From Acidobacteriota bacterium (GTDB lineage: Bacteria > Actinomycetota > Acidimicrobiia > Acidimicrobiales > CADCSY01), in the NCBI GenBank assembly GCA_019510095.1, contig JAEKLB010000023.1, forward strand, positions 1-54,307: a DNA stretch of 54,307 bases, written 5' to 3'. The translations under genes were made by a program, and so were the position numbers. The notes under the pieces were generated by a model. The model did not search any database, was not told the DNA's origin, and saw nothing but the letters and a program-made list of their open reading frames with translations. Positions 24,848 to 33,644 of the stretch are shown here, one piece after another; positions within the stretch are counted from its first letter, which is position 1, and every line of letters starts with the position of its first letter.

Positions 24848-24879
24848 TCGCGGAGGAGGCTAGGGCCGCCCCGGGGCTC

Positions 24880-25665
24880 TCAGCCCGCGAACCGGCGGTG
24901 GAAGGCGATGGCCGCGGCCGTCGCCACGTTGAGCGAGTCGATCTCGCCGGCGAGCGGGATCCGCACGCGGACGTCGGCCGCGCTCAGGGCCGCATCGCTC
25001 AGGCCCGGGCCCTCGGCGCCGAGGACGAAGCACACCCGCTCCATGTCGTCGAGGTCGGCAATGGTGTGGTCGCCGCCTGGCGTGAGTGCGGCCACCGTGA
25101 GGCCCGCCCGCCGGGCCAGGTCGAGATCGCCAGGCCAGTCGCCCAGGCGGGTGAAGGGCACCGCCAGCACGTGACCGAGCGAGACCCGTACCGTGCGGCG
25201 ATAGAGCGGATCGGCGCAGGTCGGGTCGAGCAGCACGGCATCGACGCCGAGGGCGGCGGCGTTGCGGAACAGCACGCCGAGGTTCTCGTGGTTGTTGACC
25301 CCCTCGAGCACGGCCACGGTGCGGGCGCCGTGCAGCACCTCGTCGGGGTGGCGCAGGGGCGGGCGGTCGGCAACGGCGACGATGCCCCGATGCAGCGGGA
25401 AGCCGGCGACGGCGTCGAGGACCGGTTGGTCGGCGACGTACAGCGGGATGTCGATGCCGGCCAGCATGGAGGCCACCCCTGCGGCCCGGGACGGAGCGAC
25501 GAGAGCCGAGCGGAGGATCGCGCCGTTGGCGATCGCCCGTTCGAGCACGAGCCGTCCCTCGCAGACGAAGACATGGCCGGCCCGCTGGAGCTCGCCGTCG
25601 GTCATCCCGACGTAGTCGGCCACTCGCGGATCGCCGGGATCACCGATCGTCACGCTGGTGGCCAC
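24880..25665 (-). CDS. TrmH/SpoU family RNA methyltransferase
   Basis: NLGVLFRNAAALG, GAEGPGL, DSLNVATA. Confidence 0.92.
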   Translation of the reverse strand: MATSVTIGDPGDPRVADYVGMTDGELQRAGHVFVCEGRLVLERAIANGAILRSALVAPSRAAGVASMLAGIDIPLYVADQPVLDAVAGFPLHRGIVAVADRPPLRHPDEVLHGARTVAVLEGVNNHENLGVLFRNAAALGVDAVLLDPTCADPLYRRTVRVSLGHVLAVPFTRLGDWPGDLDLARRAGLTVAALTPGGDHTIADLDDMERVCFVLGAEGPGLSDAALSAADVRVRIPLAGEIDSLNVATAAAIAFHRRFAG

Positions 25666-25714
25666 CGCCGCGAGCGTGTCAGCTCCGGCGGCGGGGCGGG
25701 GTAGGGGCAGGACG

Positions 25715-27148
25715 ATGACGTGGCTGTGGTCGCCGGGCGACTGGTTGGGCCGGCTGCTCTTCCAGCGGGGGTTGGCGCTCGTCTACGTGCTCGCCTTCGT
25801 GGCGGCGGCCCGGCAAGGACCCGCGCTCCTCGGCGAGCGCGGCCTGTTGCCGGTGCCACAGTTCGTTCGGGGCCGCCGGTTCCGTGACCTCCCGAGCCTC
25901 TTCACGGTGCGGTACTCCGACCGGCTGTGGGTCACCGTCTCCTGGCTCGGTGCCGCGCTGGCAGCCGCCGCGCTGATCGGGGTGATCGACGCCGGACCGA
26001 TCGGGGTGTCGATGCTCGGCTGGTTCGTGCTGTGGGCGCTCTACCTGTCGATCGTCAACGTCGGTCAGCAGTGGTACGGCTTCGGCTGGGAGTCGTTGCT
26101 CCTGGAGACCGGCTTCCTCGCCATCTTCCTCGGCCCTCGCTCGATGGCGCCACCGTGGCTGGTGCTGCTGCTGCTCCGGTGGTTGCTCTTCCGCGTGGAG
26201 TTCGGGGCCGGCCTCATCAAGATCCGCGGCGACCAGTGCTGGCGCGATCTCACGTGCCTGCGGTACCACCACGAGACCCAGCCGATGCCGAACCCGCTCA
26301 GCTGGTACTTCCACCACCTCCCGATGTCGTTGCACCGCATCGAGGTGGGCGCCAACCACGTGACCCAGCTGGCGGTGCCCTTCCTGCTCTTCCTGCCGCA
26401 ACCCATCGCCGGCATCGGGGCCAGCGTCATGGTGATCACCCAGTGCTGGTTGCTGCTGAGTGGCAACTTCGCCTGGCTCAACACGGTCACGATCGTCGTG
26501 GGGCTCTCGGTGGTGGGCGGTCCGGTGGTGGGCCCGCTCCTCGGTGTGGACCCTCCAGCATTGGTGCACGACGGGCCGGGATGGTTCGCCGCCATCCTGG
26601 TCGCCGTCGCCGCCGTCATCGCGGTCCTGAGTCGCCGGCCGGCCCGCAACCTGGTGTCCCGCCGCCAGCTCATGAACGCCAGCTTCGACAAGCTCCACCT
26701 GGTCAACACCTATGGCGCCTTCGGCAGCATCACCAAGGTGCGCCACGAGATCATCGTGGAGGGCAGGCTCGGTTCCGAGTGGCGGCCCTACGAGTTCAAG
26801 GGCAAGCCGGGAGACGTCAACCGCCGCCCCCCGCAGGTGGCGCCCTACCACCTTCGGCTCGATTGGCTGCTGTGGTTCGCCGCCCTCTCACCTGGCTACG
26901 CCGAGCGATGGTGGCCCACCTTCGTCACCCGGCTGCTCGAGAACGACGAACCGACGCTCCGGCTCCTGCGCACCAACCCCTTCCCCGATCGACCCCCCGA
27001 GGAGATCAGAGCCCGGTTCTTTCGCTACCGCTACACGACGCCCGCCGAGCGGAAGGCAACCGGCGGCGCCTGGTGGCACCGCGACCTCGTCGGCGAGTTC
27101 ATGGCACCGGTCAGCCGTGCTGCCGAGGCCTCACGACCTCGCCGGTAG
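25715..27148 (+). CDS. Lipase maturation factor family membrane protein
   Basis: FGWESLLLETG, GLIKIRGD, HETQPMP, YEFKGKPG, APYHLRLDW. Confidence 0.9.
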   Translation: MTWLWSPGDWLGRLLFQRGLALVYVLAFVAAARQGPALLGERGLLPVPQFVRGRRFRDLPSLFTVRYSDRLWVTVSWLGAALAAAALIGVIDAGPIGVSMLGWFVLWALYLSIVNVGQQWYGFGWESLLLETGFLAIFLGPRSMAPPWLVLLLLRWLLFRVEFGAGLIKIRGDQCWRDLTCLRYHHETQPMPNPLSWYFHHLPMSLHRIEVGANHVTQLAVPFLLFLPQPIAGIGASVMVITQCWLLLSGNFAWLNTVTIVVGLSVVGGPVVGPLLGVDPPALVHDGPGWFAAILVAVAAVIAVLSRRPARNLVSRRQLMNASFDKLHLVNTYGAFGSITKVRHEIIVEGRLGSEWRPYEFKGKPGDVNRRPPQVAPYHLRLDWLLWFAALSPGYAERWWPTFVTRLLENDEPTLRLLRTNPFPDRPPEEIRARFFRYRYTTPAERKATGGAWWHRDLVGEFMAPVSRAAEASRPRR

Positions 27149-27165
27149 GCTCAGGAACCCAACTC

Positions 27166-27242
27166 GGGGACGTAGCTCAGCTGGCTAGAGCACCTGCTTT
27201 GCAAGCAGGGGGTCGTGGGTTCGAGTCCCATCGTCTCCACCA
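27166..27242 (+). tRNA. tRNA-Ala(TGC), CCA encoded
   Basis: Acceptor GGGGACG/CGTCTCC, anticodon loop TT-TGC-AA. Confidence 0.97.
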
Positions 27243-27376
27243 CGAAGGGCCTGATCACGGCGCTGCGATCGCGTCGTGCTGGCGTCTCGGGCGGAGCCCC
27301 TGGCGTCCGCGTCCCACTTCCGTGCCACAACGGCCAGAGTACGACGGTTGGCGTGACGCGACGCGAGAATCCATGG

Positions 27377-27859
27377 ATGGATTCGGACGGGCTGGAACGC
27401 GAGAGAGCAGGGATCCAGGCGTTCAGGCCCGTAGCCGAGCGGTTCTGCACGCTGGTCGAGTCCGAGCGGGCTCCGCTACGGGCCATCCTGGCTTCTGCCG
27501 TTGCACTCATCGCAGCGGCGCTTGAGCTGCCGGACATCGAGCCGAGCGAGGCCGACTACGACGACCCCGACGACCTCGATGACGACTGCCGGCTCGTCGC
27601 TACTCGGATCGGCGAAGCGGTTCGAGGCCACGACCCCTACTGGGAGGTGTTCGACCCTCGGCTCATGGATGAGCCGGTCGCGGGCAGCCTGATCGACGAC
27701 CTGAGCGACATCTACCGTGATCTGCGCCGCGGCTTGGCGATCGCGTCAGCCGGCTTTGCACCTGACGCGCTCTGGGAATGGAGGTTCTCGTTCGAGAGCC
27801 ACTGGGGCAACCACGCCGTCGATGCGATTCGGGTCTTGCATCGTGTCGTGGTGGACTGA
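27377..27859 (+). CDS. DUF5063-like protein
   Basis: DPYWEVFDP..GSLIDDLSDIYRDL..ALWEWRFSF..HWG. Confidence 0.75.
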   Translation: MDSDGLERERAGIQAFRPVAERFCTLVESERAPLRAILASAVALIAAALELPDIEPSEADYDDPDDLDDDCRLVATRIGEAVRGHDPYWEVFDPRLMDEPVAGSLIDDLSDIYRDLRRGLAIASAGFAPDALWEWRFSFESHWGNHAVDAIRVLHRVVVD

Positions 27860-27875
27860 TCAGACTCACGGATCG

Positions 27876-28272
27876 ATGGACAAACTTCTCTCGCGTCCAC
27901 GACTGGCGACGAAAGCTGCGTTCATCGCCGTCGCCGTCCTTTCGGCGGCGTCGGTCTTGTGGCTCCGGCAGACCGCGGAAGCGCTTCTGCGCGTCGACTC
28001 CTTCGCCGGCGGTGTAGCCGAGGTCTTGTTCTGGGCCGCGCCTACGTTCGTCCTGTACATGCTGCTTGCGCGGTCCCGACTCGCGATTGTGATTGATGGC
28101 TGTGTCGTCATCGTGCTCTTGGTCTGGGGATGGTGGTCGTCCGCGACCGACTGGCACTCGACGGCATCGCTCGGGCCGGGAGGGGACGGGCTGGTTCCTC
28201 GGGCCGTTCCTCGTTGTCGTCGTCTGGTTCGCTGAGCGCGTTTACCGAGCGAGATCGGTGCGGAGTACCTGA
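27876..28272 (+). pseudogene. Frameshifted 4-TM membrane protein
   Basis: Removing one G from the run at 28182-28185 gives GTGWFLGPFLVVVVWFAERVY..TGA (28270-28272), abutting the next gene. Confidence 0.6.
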
Positions 28273-28641
28273 TCAGCCGATCGGCAGACGACGCACCCGA
28301 ATTCGATCGTTGCCGATGACGACGATCGCACCTTCGCTGAGATCGTCCGCTACCGCGTCGAGGTTCGCCAGAAGCAGGGCCGCCTGGCGCTCTGCTCGAC
28401 GGGTGAACTCGCCTCTGAACAACACGATGCTCGGCACCGTCGCGTGTGCGTGGGCCACGAGGGTGCCGAAGTCGGTGTCGAGGGTGATCAACACGCGCTG
28501 GTCCTGGACGGCGTGGCTGAGGATGACCGGATCGGGAGCGCTCTTCAGGTTGATGTCGCGCACGTGGAGAACGTCGTGACCCGCCTCGCCGAGCAAACCA
28601 GCGACGCGTGGCGAGAGTCCTTCGTCGAGGAGGAACCTCAA
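28273..28641 (-). CDS. DUF5615 PIN-like toxin (VapC45-like)
   Basis: MRFLLDEGL, D..IL..A, LITLDTDFG. Confidence 0.88.
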   Translation of the reverse strand: MRFLLDEGLSPRVAGLLGEAGHDVLHVRDINLKSAPDPVILSHAVQDQRVLITLDTDFGTLVAHAHATVPSIVLFRGEFTRRAERQAALLLANLDAVADDLSEGAIVVIGNDRIRVRRLPIG

Positions 28642-28868
28642 GCGCCTTGGCGGAGTGGGAGCTCGCGCTCGCGGACGGCTTCAGCGGCGTACTCGAGCGC
28701 CTGGCGGATGTCATTAGCCTCGAGGTCCGGATAGTCGGAGAGGATCTCCTCGGAGGTCATGCCCTCCGCGACCATCCCGACGACGGTCGCGACGGGGATG
28801 CGCAGGCCGCGGATGCAGGGAACGCCGCCCATCTTGTCGGGCTCGATGGTGATCCGGTCGTAGCGCAT
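28638..28868 (-). CDS. DUF433 antitoxin (VapB45-like)
   Basis: GGVPCIRGLRIPV, EEILSDYPDL; 4-nt overlap with the toxin. Confidence 0.92.
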   Translation of the reverse strand: MRYDRITIEPDKMGGVPCIRGLRIPVATVVGMVAEGMTSEEILSDYPDLEANDIRQALEYAAEAVRERELPLRQGA

Positions 28869-28886
28869 CGGTCGGTCCTCCTTGGC

Positions 28887-29053
28887 TCACAGCGTACGAC
28901 CCCGAGCCCGGGCGAGCTCTTCGAGAACGCCCGTCCCTCTTCCTCGCTCAGCTCGTCGATGACCATCTCGTCGTGCGGCGGCAGCGGACGAGCGCGGTCA
29001 AGCAACTCCTCGACGGGCAGCTCCATGCTCGGCTCGTCCTGCACGTCGATCAT
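28887..29053 (-). pseudogene. Frameshifted small acidic antitoxin-like ORF
   Basis: GAGGAGG RBS; restoring one C near 28926 gives ..EEEGRAFLEELARARGRTL-stop (28887). Confidence 0.5.
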
Positions 29054-29126
29054 CCTGCCTCCTCACGCGGCCGCTTGATCAGGTCTTTCGCGCGAAACCG
29101 CTGGTAGCGGGATCAGGCGATCCCGG

Positions 29127-29170
29127 TTTGCAAGCAGGGGTCCTGGGTTCGAGTCCCATCGTCTCCACCA
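29127..29170 (+). repeat. attR-like copy of the tRNA-Ala 3' end
   Basis: TTTGCAAGCAGGGGTCCTGGGTTCGAGTCCCATCGTCTCCACCA. Confidence 0.9.
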
Positions 29171-29306
29171 CATCGGTCTCACGGCGCGACGACCTGGCCC
29201 CTTCTGCGGTCGGTACTGCGGCCGATGTGACCGGCGGGATCGGAACAGCGAGAGCACGATCCGAGGATCCTGGTGTCGAAGGTCCTTCGACCGGTAAGCA
29301 GACCGC

Positions 29307-30179
29307 ATGCATGTCACAGGTGTCGGCATCTGCGGGCCCGAGTTGCGATACAGCGACGAGGGCGAGCGTGCCGACGCGGCGGCCGAGCTCGAGTCGCTGG
29401 GCTTCACCGCGCTGTGGCTACCCGACACCGGCGGCGATCTGTTCGGGCCGCTCCGCCTTCTGCTCGGTGCGACCCAGTCGATCACCGTCGCCAGTGGCAT
29501 CCTCAACATCTGGCTGCACGACCCGGTTGCTGTCGCGACCGAGTTCGCCGACGTCGAGCGCGCGCATCCAGGGCGCCTCCTCCTCGGCCTTGGCGTCGGC
29601 CACGCATCCCTGGTCGATCGCACGACGGAGCCGGGCCGATACCGCCGTCCGCTTGCTGCGATGGAGGGCTTCCTCGACGCCCTCGACGGAGCGGCCTCGG
29701 TCGTACCCGTCGAGCGGCGGATGATCGCCGCGCTCAGCCCGAAGATGCTCGCGTTGGCGCGCGACCGGACCGCCGGCGCCTTCCCCAATCTCGTGCCCCC
29801 GTCGCACACCGCGTCGGCCCGCGCTGCCATCGGCGGCCAGCGCCAGCTGGCCGTGGAGCAGCACGCCGTCCTCGAAACCGACCCAGCAGCAGCGCGTGCA
29901 ACGGCACGGGCCACCCTGGAGGGCTACTTCCGCCTACCGAACTACGTGAACAGCTGGCGATCGCTCGGCTTCGGCGAAGAGGACCTCACCGGCGGCGGCA
30001 GCGATCGGCTCATCGACACCATCGTCGCGTGGGGCGACGAGCACGCCATCGCTTGCCGCGTGCAGGAGCACTTCGATGCTGGAGCGGACCACGTCGGCCT
30101 ACGCATCACCGATCCGTCGTCGCAACCAGGTCTGCCGCTCACCTCCTGGCGAAGGTTGGCGCCCGCGGTGAACAACTAG
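29307..30179 (+). CDS. LLM-class F420-dependent oxidoreductase
   Basis: ASGILNIW, LGLGVGH, AALSPKML, LPNY, AGADHV. Confidence 0.88.
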   Translation: MHVTGVGICGPELRYSDEGERADAAAELESLGFTALWLPDTGGDLFGPLRLLLGATQSITVASGILNIWLHDPVAVATEFADVERAHPGRLLLGLGVGHASLVDRTTEPGRYRRPLAAMEGFLDALDGAASVVPVERRMIAALSPKMLALARDRTAGAFPNLVPPSHTASARAAIGGQRQLAVEQHAVLETDPAAARATARATLEGYFRLPNYVNSWRSLGFGEEDLTGGGSDRLIDTIVAWGDEHAIACRVQEHFDAGADHVGLRITDPSSQPGLPLTSWRRLAPAVNN

Positions 30180-30257
30180 GCGCTGAGCCGTGCCGGCGGG
30201 GCCTCTCGCTGGCGGTTGGTGTTCGGTCGCGAGCAGCGGGGTACACACCACGCAGAG

Positions 30258-30366
30258 AAGTCCCCACCCTGTGGATGACGTTGTGCACAACGACGGTCCC
30301 GGTGGGGATTTCGAGCCGCGATCTGGGGACCAACCGAAAAGGTTGGGGGACAACCCTGTGACTTAG
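30258..30366. promoter_or_regulatory. Distal DnaA-box cluster
   Basis: AAGTCCCCA-ccc-TGTGGATGA, TTGTGCACAA, GGGGGACAA; CCCTGTGGATGAC is identical to two oriC copies. Confidence 0.75.
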
Positions 30367-30423
30367 AAAATAGGCCTTGACCAGGGCTTTCGCAGGGTGG
30401 ATCCTGTGCTTACGCCACCCACG

Positions 30424-30606
30424 CAGGGCCGGCTGGGACGGACCTGGCAACAGGAACGAGCCAGTCAGCCAAGGCAGGAGGCGGAGGGACGTCGGCCCGG
30501 GAGGGGCGCTCGCAAGAGCGACCCAACCACCCGGCGGACCGGGGGAGTGGGCCCCGAGAAGCGGGGTGGCTTCGGCCACTCGGCTACTCGGGGCCATCCT
30601 CGTTTT
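30424..30606 (+). ncRNA. Putative structured ncRNA of unknown family
   Basis: CCTG-GCAA-CAGG and CGCTC-GCAA-GAGCG stems, then a long cUUCGg hairpin followed by GTTTT; no credible ORF. Confidence 0.7.
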
Positions 30607-30620
30607 CGGCTGGCCTCTCC

Positions 30621-32429
30621 TCAGCGCTGCTCGGCGTAGAGCTGGTCGATCTCGGCTTCGTAGCGAGCGTGGATGCCCCGCCGCTTCAGCTTCAGCGTCG
30701 GCGTCAGCTCCTCCGAATCGGCCAACCACTCGTTCGGCAGGATCACGAACCGCTTCACCCGCTCGGCCTTGTTGAACGGCGCCATCGCCTCCTCGACGCC
30801 GGCTTCCACCTCGGCGATGAGGTCGGTGTTCGCTGCCAGCTCCGCCAGGGCTGCACCGGCGAGACCGTGGGCCGCGGCCCAGGCCCGTGCCGCGTCGGGG
30901 TCGAGCACCAACAGCGCACCCACATACGGCCGGTCGTCGCCGACCGCGCAGGCCTGGCCGACCAGCGGGATGGTCTTGAGCGCCGCCTCGAGGTTGGCCG
31001 GGGAGATGTTCTCCCCGCCGGCGGTGATCAGCAGCTCCTTCTTGCGATCGACGATCCGGAGGTAGCCGTCGTGGTCGAGCTCGCCGATGTCGCCGGTGTG
31101 TAGCCACCCGTCGGCATCGACCGACTCGGCGGTGCGCATCGGGTCCTCGAGGTAGCCGGCGAACACGTTGCCGCCCCGGCCCAGCACCTCGCCGTCGTCG
31201 GCGACCCGGATCTCACAGCCGGGCATCGCCCTTCCCACAGTGCCGAGCTTGCCGTCATCGAGGTTGCAGGTGAGCGGTCCGGTGAACTCCGACATGCCGT
31301 ACACCTCGAACAGCGGGACGCCGACGGCGATGAACCACTCGACGACCTGTCGAGGGATGGGCGCCGCGCTGGTGATCGGCAGCCGGCAGGCGTCGAGGCC
31401 GACCAGCTCGCGCACCTGGTTGAAGGCGACCTCGTCGAGGAAGTCGAGCGTGACCTCTTCGTCATGGGTCAACTCCCGCTGGCGTTGGGCCAGCCGCAGG
31501 GGCAGCGCTGCCTCCACACCCTCCTCGAATGCATGCGCCTTGTCGGGGTCGGCCGCTACCGCCGCCAGCACGCCCGCCCGCAGCTTCTCCCACACCCGTG
31601 GCACACCGAACAGCAGCTCGGGGTGCACCAGGCGGAGGTACTCACCGAGTTGGGCCAGGTCGGGGCAGGTCGTCACCTGGTACCCGGAGGCCAGCGCGTC
31701 GTAGTGGGTGACCATGCGCTCGGCGATGTGGGCCATCGGCAGGTAGCTGATGGCGCGGAAGCCGGCCGGGCGGCGACCGAAGGCGATCTCCTGGCTGGCC
31801 ACCGTCCAGGCCACGTTGTGGTGCGAGATCATGACGCCCTTGGGCGGGCCGGTGGTGCCGGACGTGTAGATGATGGTGGCGAGGTCGTTGGGGGTGACCC
31901 GGCCAGCAGTGGCGTGCATGTCGATGGGCTCACCCGAGGTCAGGTGCTCCCAGGGCATGCACTCGAGGCAGCCCTCGTCGACGACCACGATCTCGCGGAG
32001 CCCCGGGAGCTGGTCGCGAACCTCCAGGAACCGGTCGGCGATCGCCGGCCCGTCGACGATGGCCATGGTGGCCTGCGAGTGGTCGGCGAGGTAGCGGACC
32101 TGCTCTGGTGACGACGAGATGTAGATCGAGACTGGCGTACCGCCGGCGAAGACCACGCCGAGGTCGGCGATCTGGAAGGCGATGCGGTTGTGCAGCATCA
32201 GGATGACCCGGTCACCCCGCTCGAGTCCCGCGGCGCGGAGACCACCGGCGACGCGGGCAACCGCGTCGGCGTACTGGGTCCAGTTCAGCTCGGTCCACCC
32301 GTCGCCTGCACCGGCGCGCTCGCGCAGCGCCACGTAGTCGTCGCCCAGCTGCTCGACGGTGTCGAGGAAGAGGCTGGCGACCGTGTGGCCTTCGGCCAGG
32401 CTGTCGATCTTCTCCCGGGTCACGTCCAT
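30621..32429 (-). CDS. Long-chain fatty acid-CoA ligase
   Basis: IYTSGTTGPPKG, YGMSE, GWLHTGD, DRKKELL. Confidence 0.93.
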   Translation of the reverse strand: MDVTREKIDSLAEGHTVASLFLDTVEQLGDDYVALRERAGAGDGWTELNWTQYADAVARVAGGLRAAGLERGDRVILMLHNRIAFQIADLGVVFAGGTPVSIYISSSPEQVRYLADHSQATMAIVDGPAIADRFLEVRDQLPGLREIVVVDEGCLECMPWEHLTSGEPIDMHATAGRVTPNDLATIIYTSGTTGPPKGVMISHHNVAWTVASQEIAFGRRPAGFRAISYLPMAHIAERMVTHYDALASGYQVTTCPDLAQLGEYLRLVHPELLFGVPRVWEKLRAGVLAAVAADPDKAHAFEEGVEAALPLRLAQRQRELTHDEEVTLDFLDEVAFNQVRELVGLDACRLPITSAAPIPRQVVEWFIAVGVPLFEVYGMSEFTGPLTCNLDDGKLGTVGRAMPGCEIRVADDGEVLGRGGNVFAGYLEDPMRTAESVDADGWLHTGDIGELDHDGYLRIVDRKKELLITAGGENISPANLEAALKTIPLVGQACAVGDDRPYVGALLVLDPDAARAWAAAHGLAGAALAELAANTDLIAEVEAGVEEAMAPFNKAERVKRFVILPNEWLADSEELTPTLKLKRRGIHARYEAEIDQLYAEQR

Positions 32430-32441
32430 GCGGCGTCCCTC

Positions 32442-33644
32442 CTACAGCCGGATCACCATGCGGGTGCCCATCCCGTCGACCGGCTCGTCGAGGGTCAGGG
32501 CGGCACCGACCGCCCCCAACAGGGTCTGGGCCATCGGCAGCCCGAGCCCCATGCCCGGCACGGTGGTGTGCTCCTGGGACCGGGTGAATCGCTCGAAGAC
32601 ATGCGACCGCTCGTCGGGCCCGATGCCAGGCCCGTCGTCGACCACCTCGATCGACGGCTCCTCGGTCACGATCAGGCGGCACGACCCCGCGTACTTGAGG
32701 GCGTTGTCGACGAGGAATCCCACTGCCCGGCCGAGGAGGGCGGGGTCGGTGTCCACGATCACGTCCTTCGCCGGCACCTCGACGGTCACCTGCTCGGGGT
32801 GGCTCGACTGCCGGCAGGCATCGAAGGCCACCGGCCCCAGCCCAACGGGCCTGATCTCGGCGGCCACCACGCCGGCCTCGAGCCGGGCCAGCATCAGCAG
32901 CTCGTCGATGAGGCCGGACAGTCGGGCGGCGGCGCCGTCGATTCGCTGGAGCATCCGGCGGCGCTCGTCGGGGCCGAGTGCCTCGTCCTCGGTCAGCAGC
33001 GTGCTCACGAAGCCGCTGACGATGGTGATCGGCGTGCGCAGCTCGTGTGAGACCCGGGCGATGAAATCGCTCTTCATCACCTCGAGCTCGGCCACCGACT
33101 CGTAGCGGCGGGCGCTCTCGATGGCACCGGCCGCCTGGGTGGCGAGGGCCTCGAGGAACATCAGGTCGTCTTCGGTGAAGGCGTCGATCTCGGTGGTGGT
33201 GACCTGGAGCGTCCCGATCACCTGGCCGAGGGCCACGAGCGGCACGGCGAGGATCGACACCACGCCGGCGGCAGCGCTGCGCTCGGCTCCGTCGACGGCC
33301 ATCCGCGGATCGTCGGCCACGTTGCCCGACAGCAGCGGTTGGGCGGTCGCGAGCACCCGACCGGCGATGCCCTGCCCGATGGGGACGCGGTCCTGGTCGA
33401 GCTCGCGCCTGGTCGGTGGATCGGACGCCACCAGTTGTAGGCCGTCGTCGCCGAGGATGGCGATCGAGCCGGTGGTGAACGAGACGAGCGACCGCATGCC
33501 GTTGAGCACGATCTGGAGGACGGCCTGGAGGTTGAGTGCGGGCCCGATGTCGCGGCTGACCTGGTTGAGCACGCGCGACACCCGCTCGAGCCGCTCGTGG
33601 CGGTCGGGAAGCTTCTCGTCCGGCGGGGGGGACGATGTCGTCAT
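32442..33644 (-). CDS. GAF-domain sensor histidine kinase (cytoplasmic, orphan)
   Basis: GAF domain, SHELRTP, DNALKY, DDGPGI, GLGL. Confidence 0.9.
   Translation of the reverse strand: MTTSSPPPDEKLPDRHERLERVSRVLNQVSRDIGPALNLQAVLQIVLNGMRSLVSFTTGSIAILGDDGLQLVASDPPTRRELDQDRVPIGQGIAGRVLATAQPLLSGNVADDPRMAVDGAERSAAAGVVSILAVPLVALGQVIGTLQVTTTEIDAFTEDDLMFLEALATQAAGAIESARRYESVAELEVMKSDFIARVSHELRTPITIVSGFVSTLLTEDEALGPDERRRMLQRIDGAAARLSGLIDELLMLARLEAGVVAAEIRPVGLGPVAFDACRQSSHPEQVTVEVPAKDVIVDTDPALLGRAVGFLVDNALKYAGSCRLIVTEEPSIEVVDDGPGIGPDERSHVFERFTRSQEHTTVPGMGLGLPMAQTLLGAVGAALTLDEPVDGMGTRMVIRL

Larger units (their letters stand above)
27198..29170. mobile_element. Degenerate tRNA-Ala-integrated island without an integrase
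   Basis: tRNA 3' half (27198-27242) is repeated at 29127-29170 with one deletion and one mismatch; carries a TA pair. Confidence 0.8.

Noticed and set aside
29127-29170. Second tRNA-Ala gene
   Set aside because: Lacks the 5' acceptor strand and D-arm; it is an att repeat
30377-30775. 132-aa and 80-aa ORFs over the candidate ncRNA
   Set aside because: No RBS, low-complexity Arg/Gly/Pro composition, and overlap with the fadD-like gene; RNA structure explains the region better
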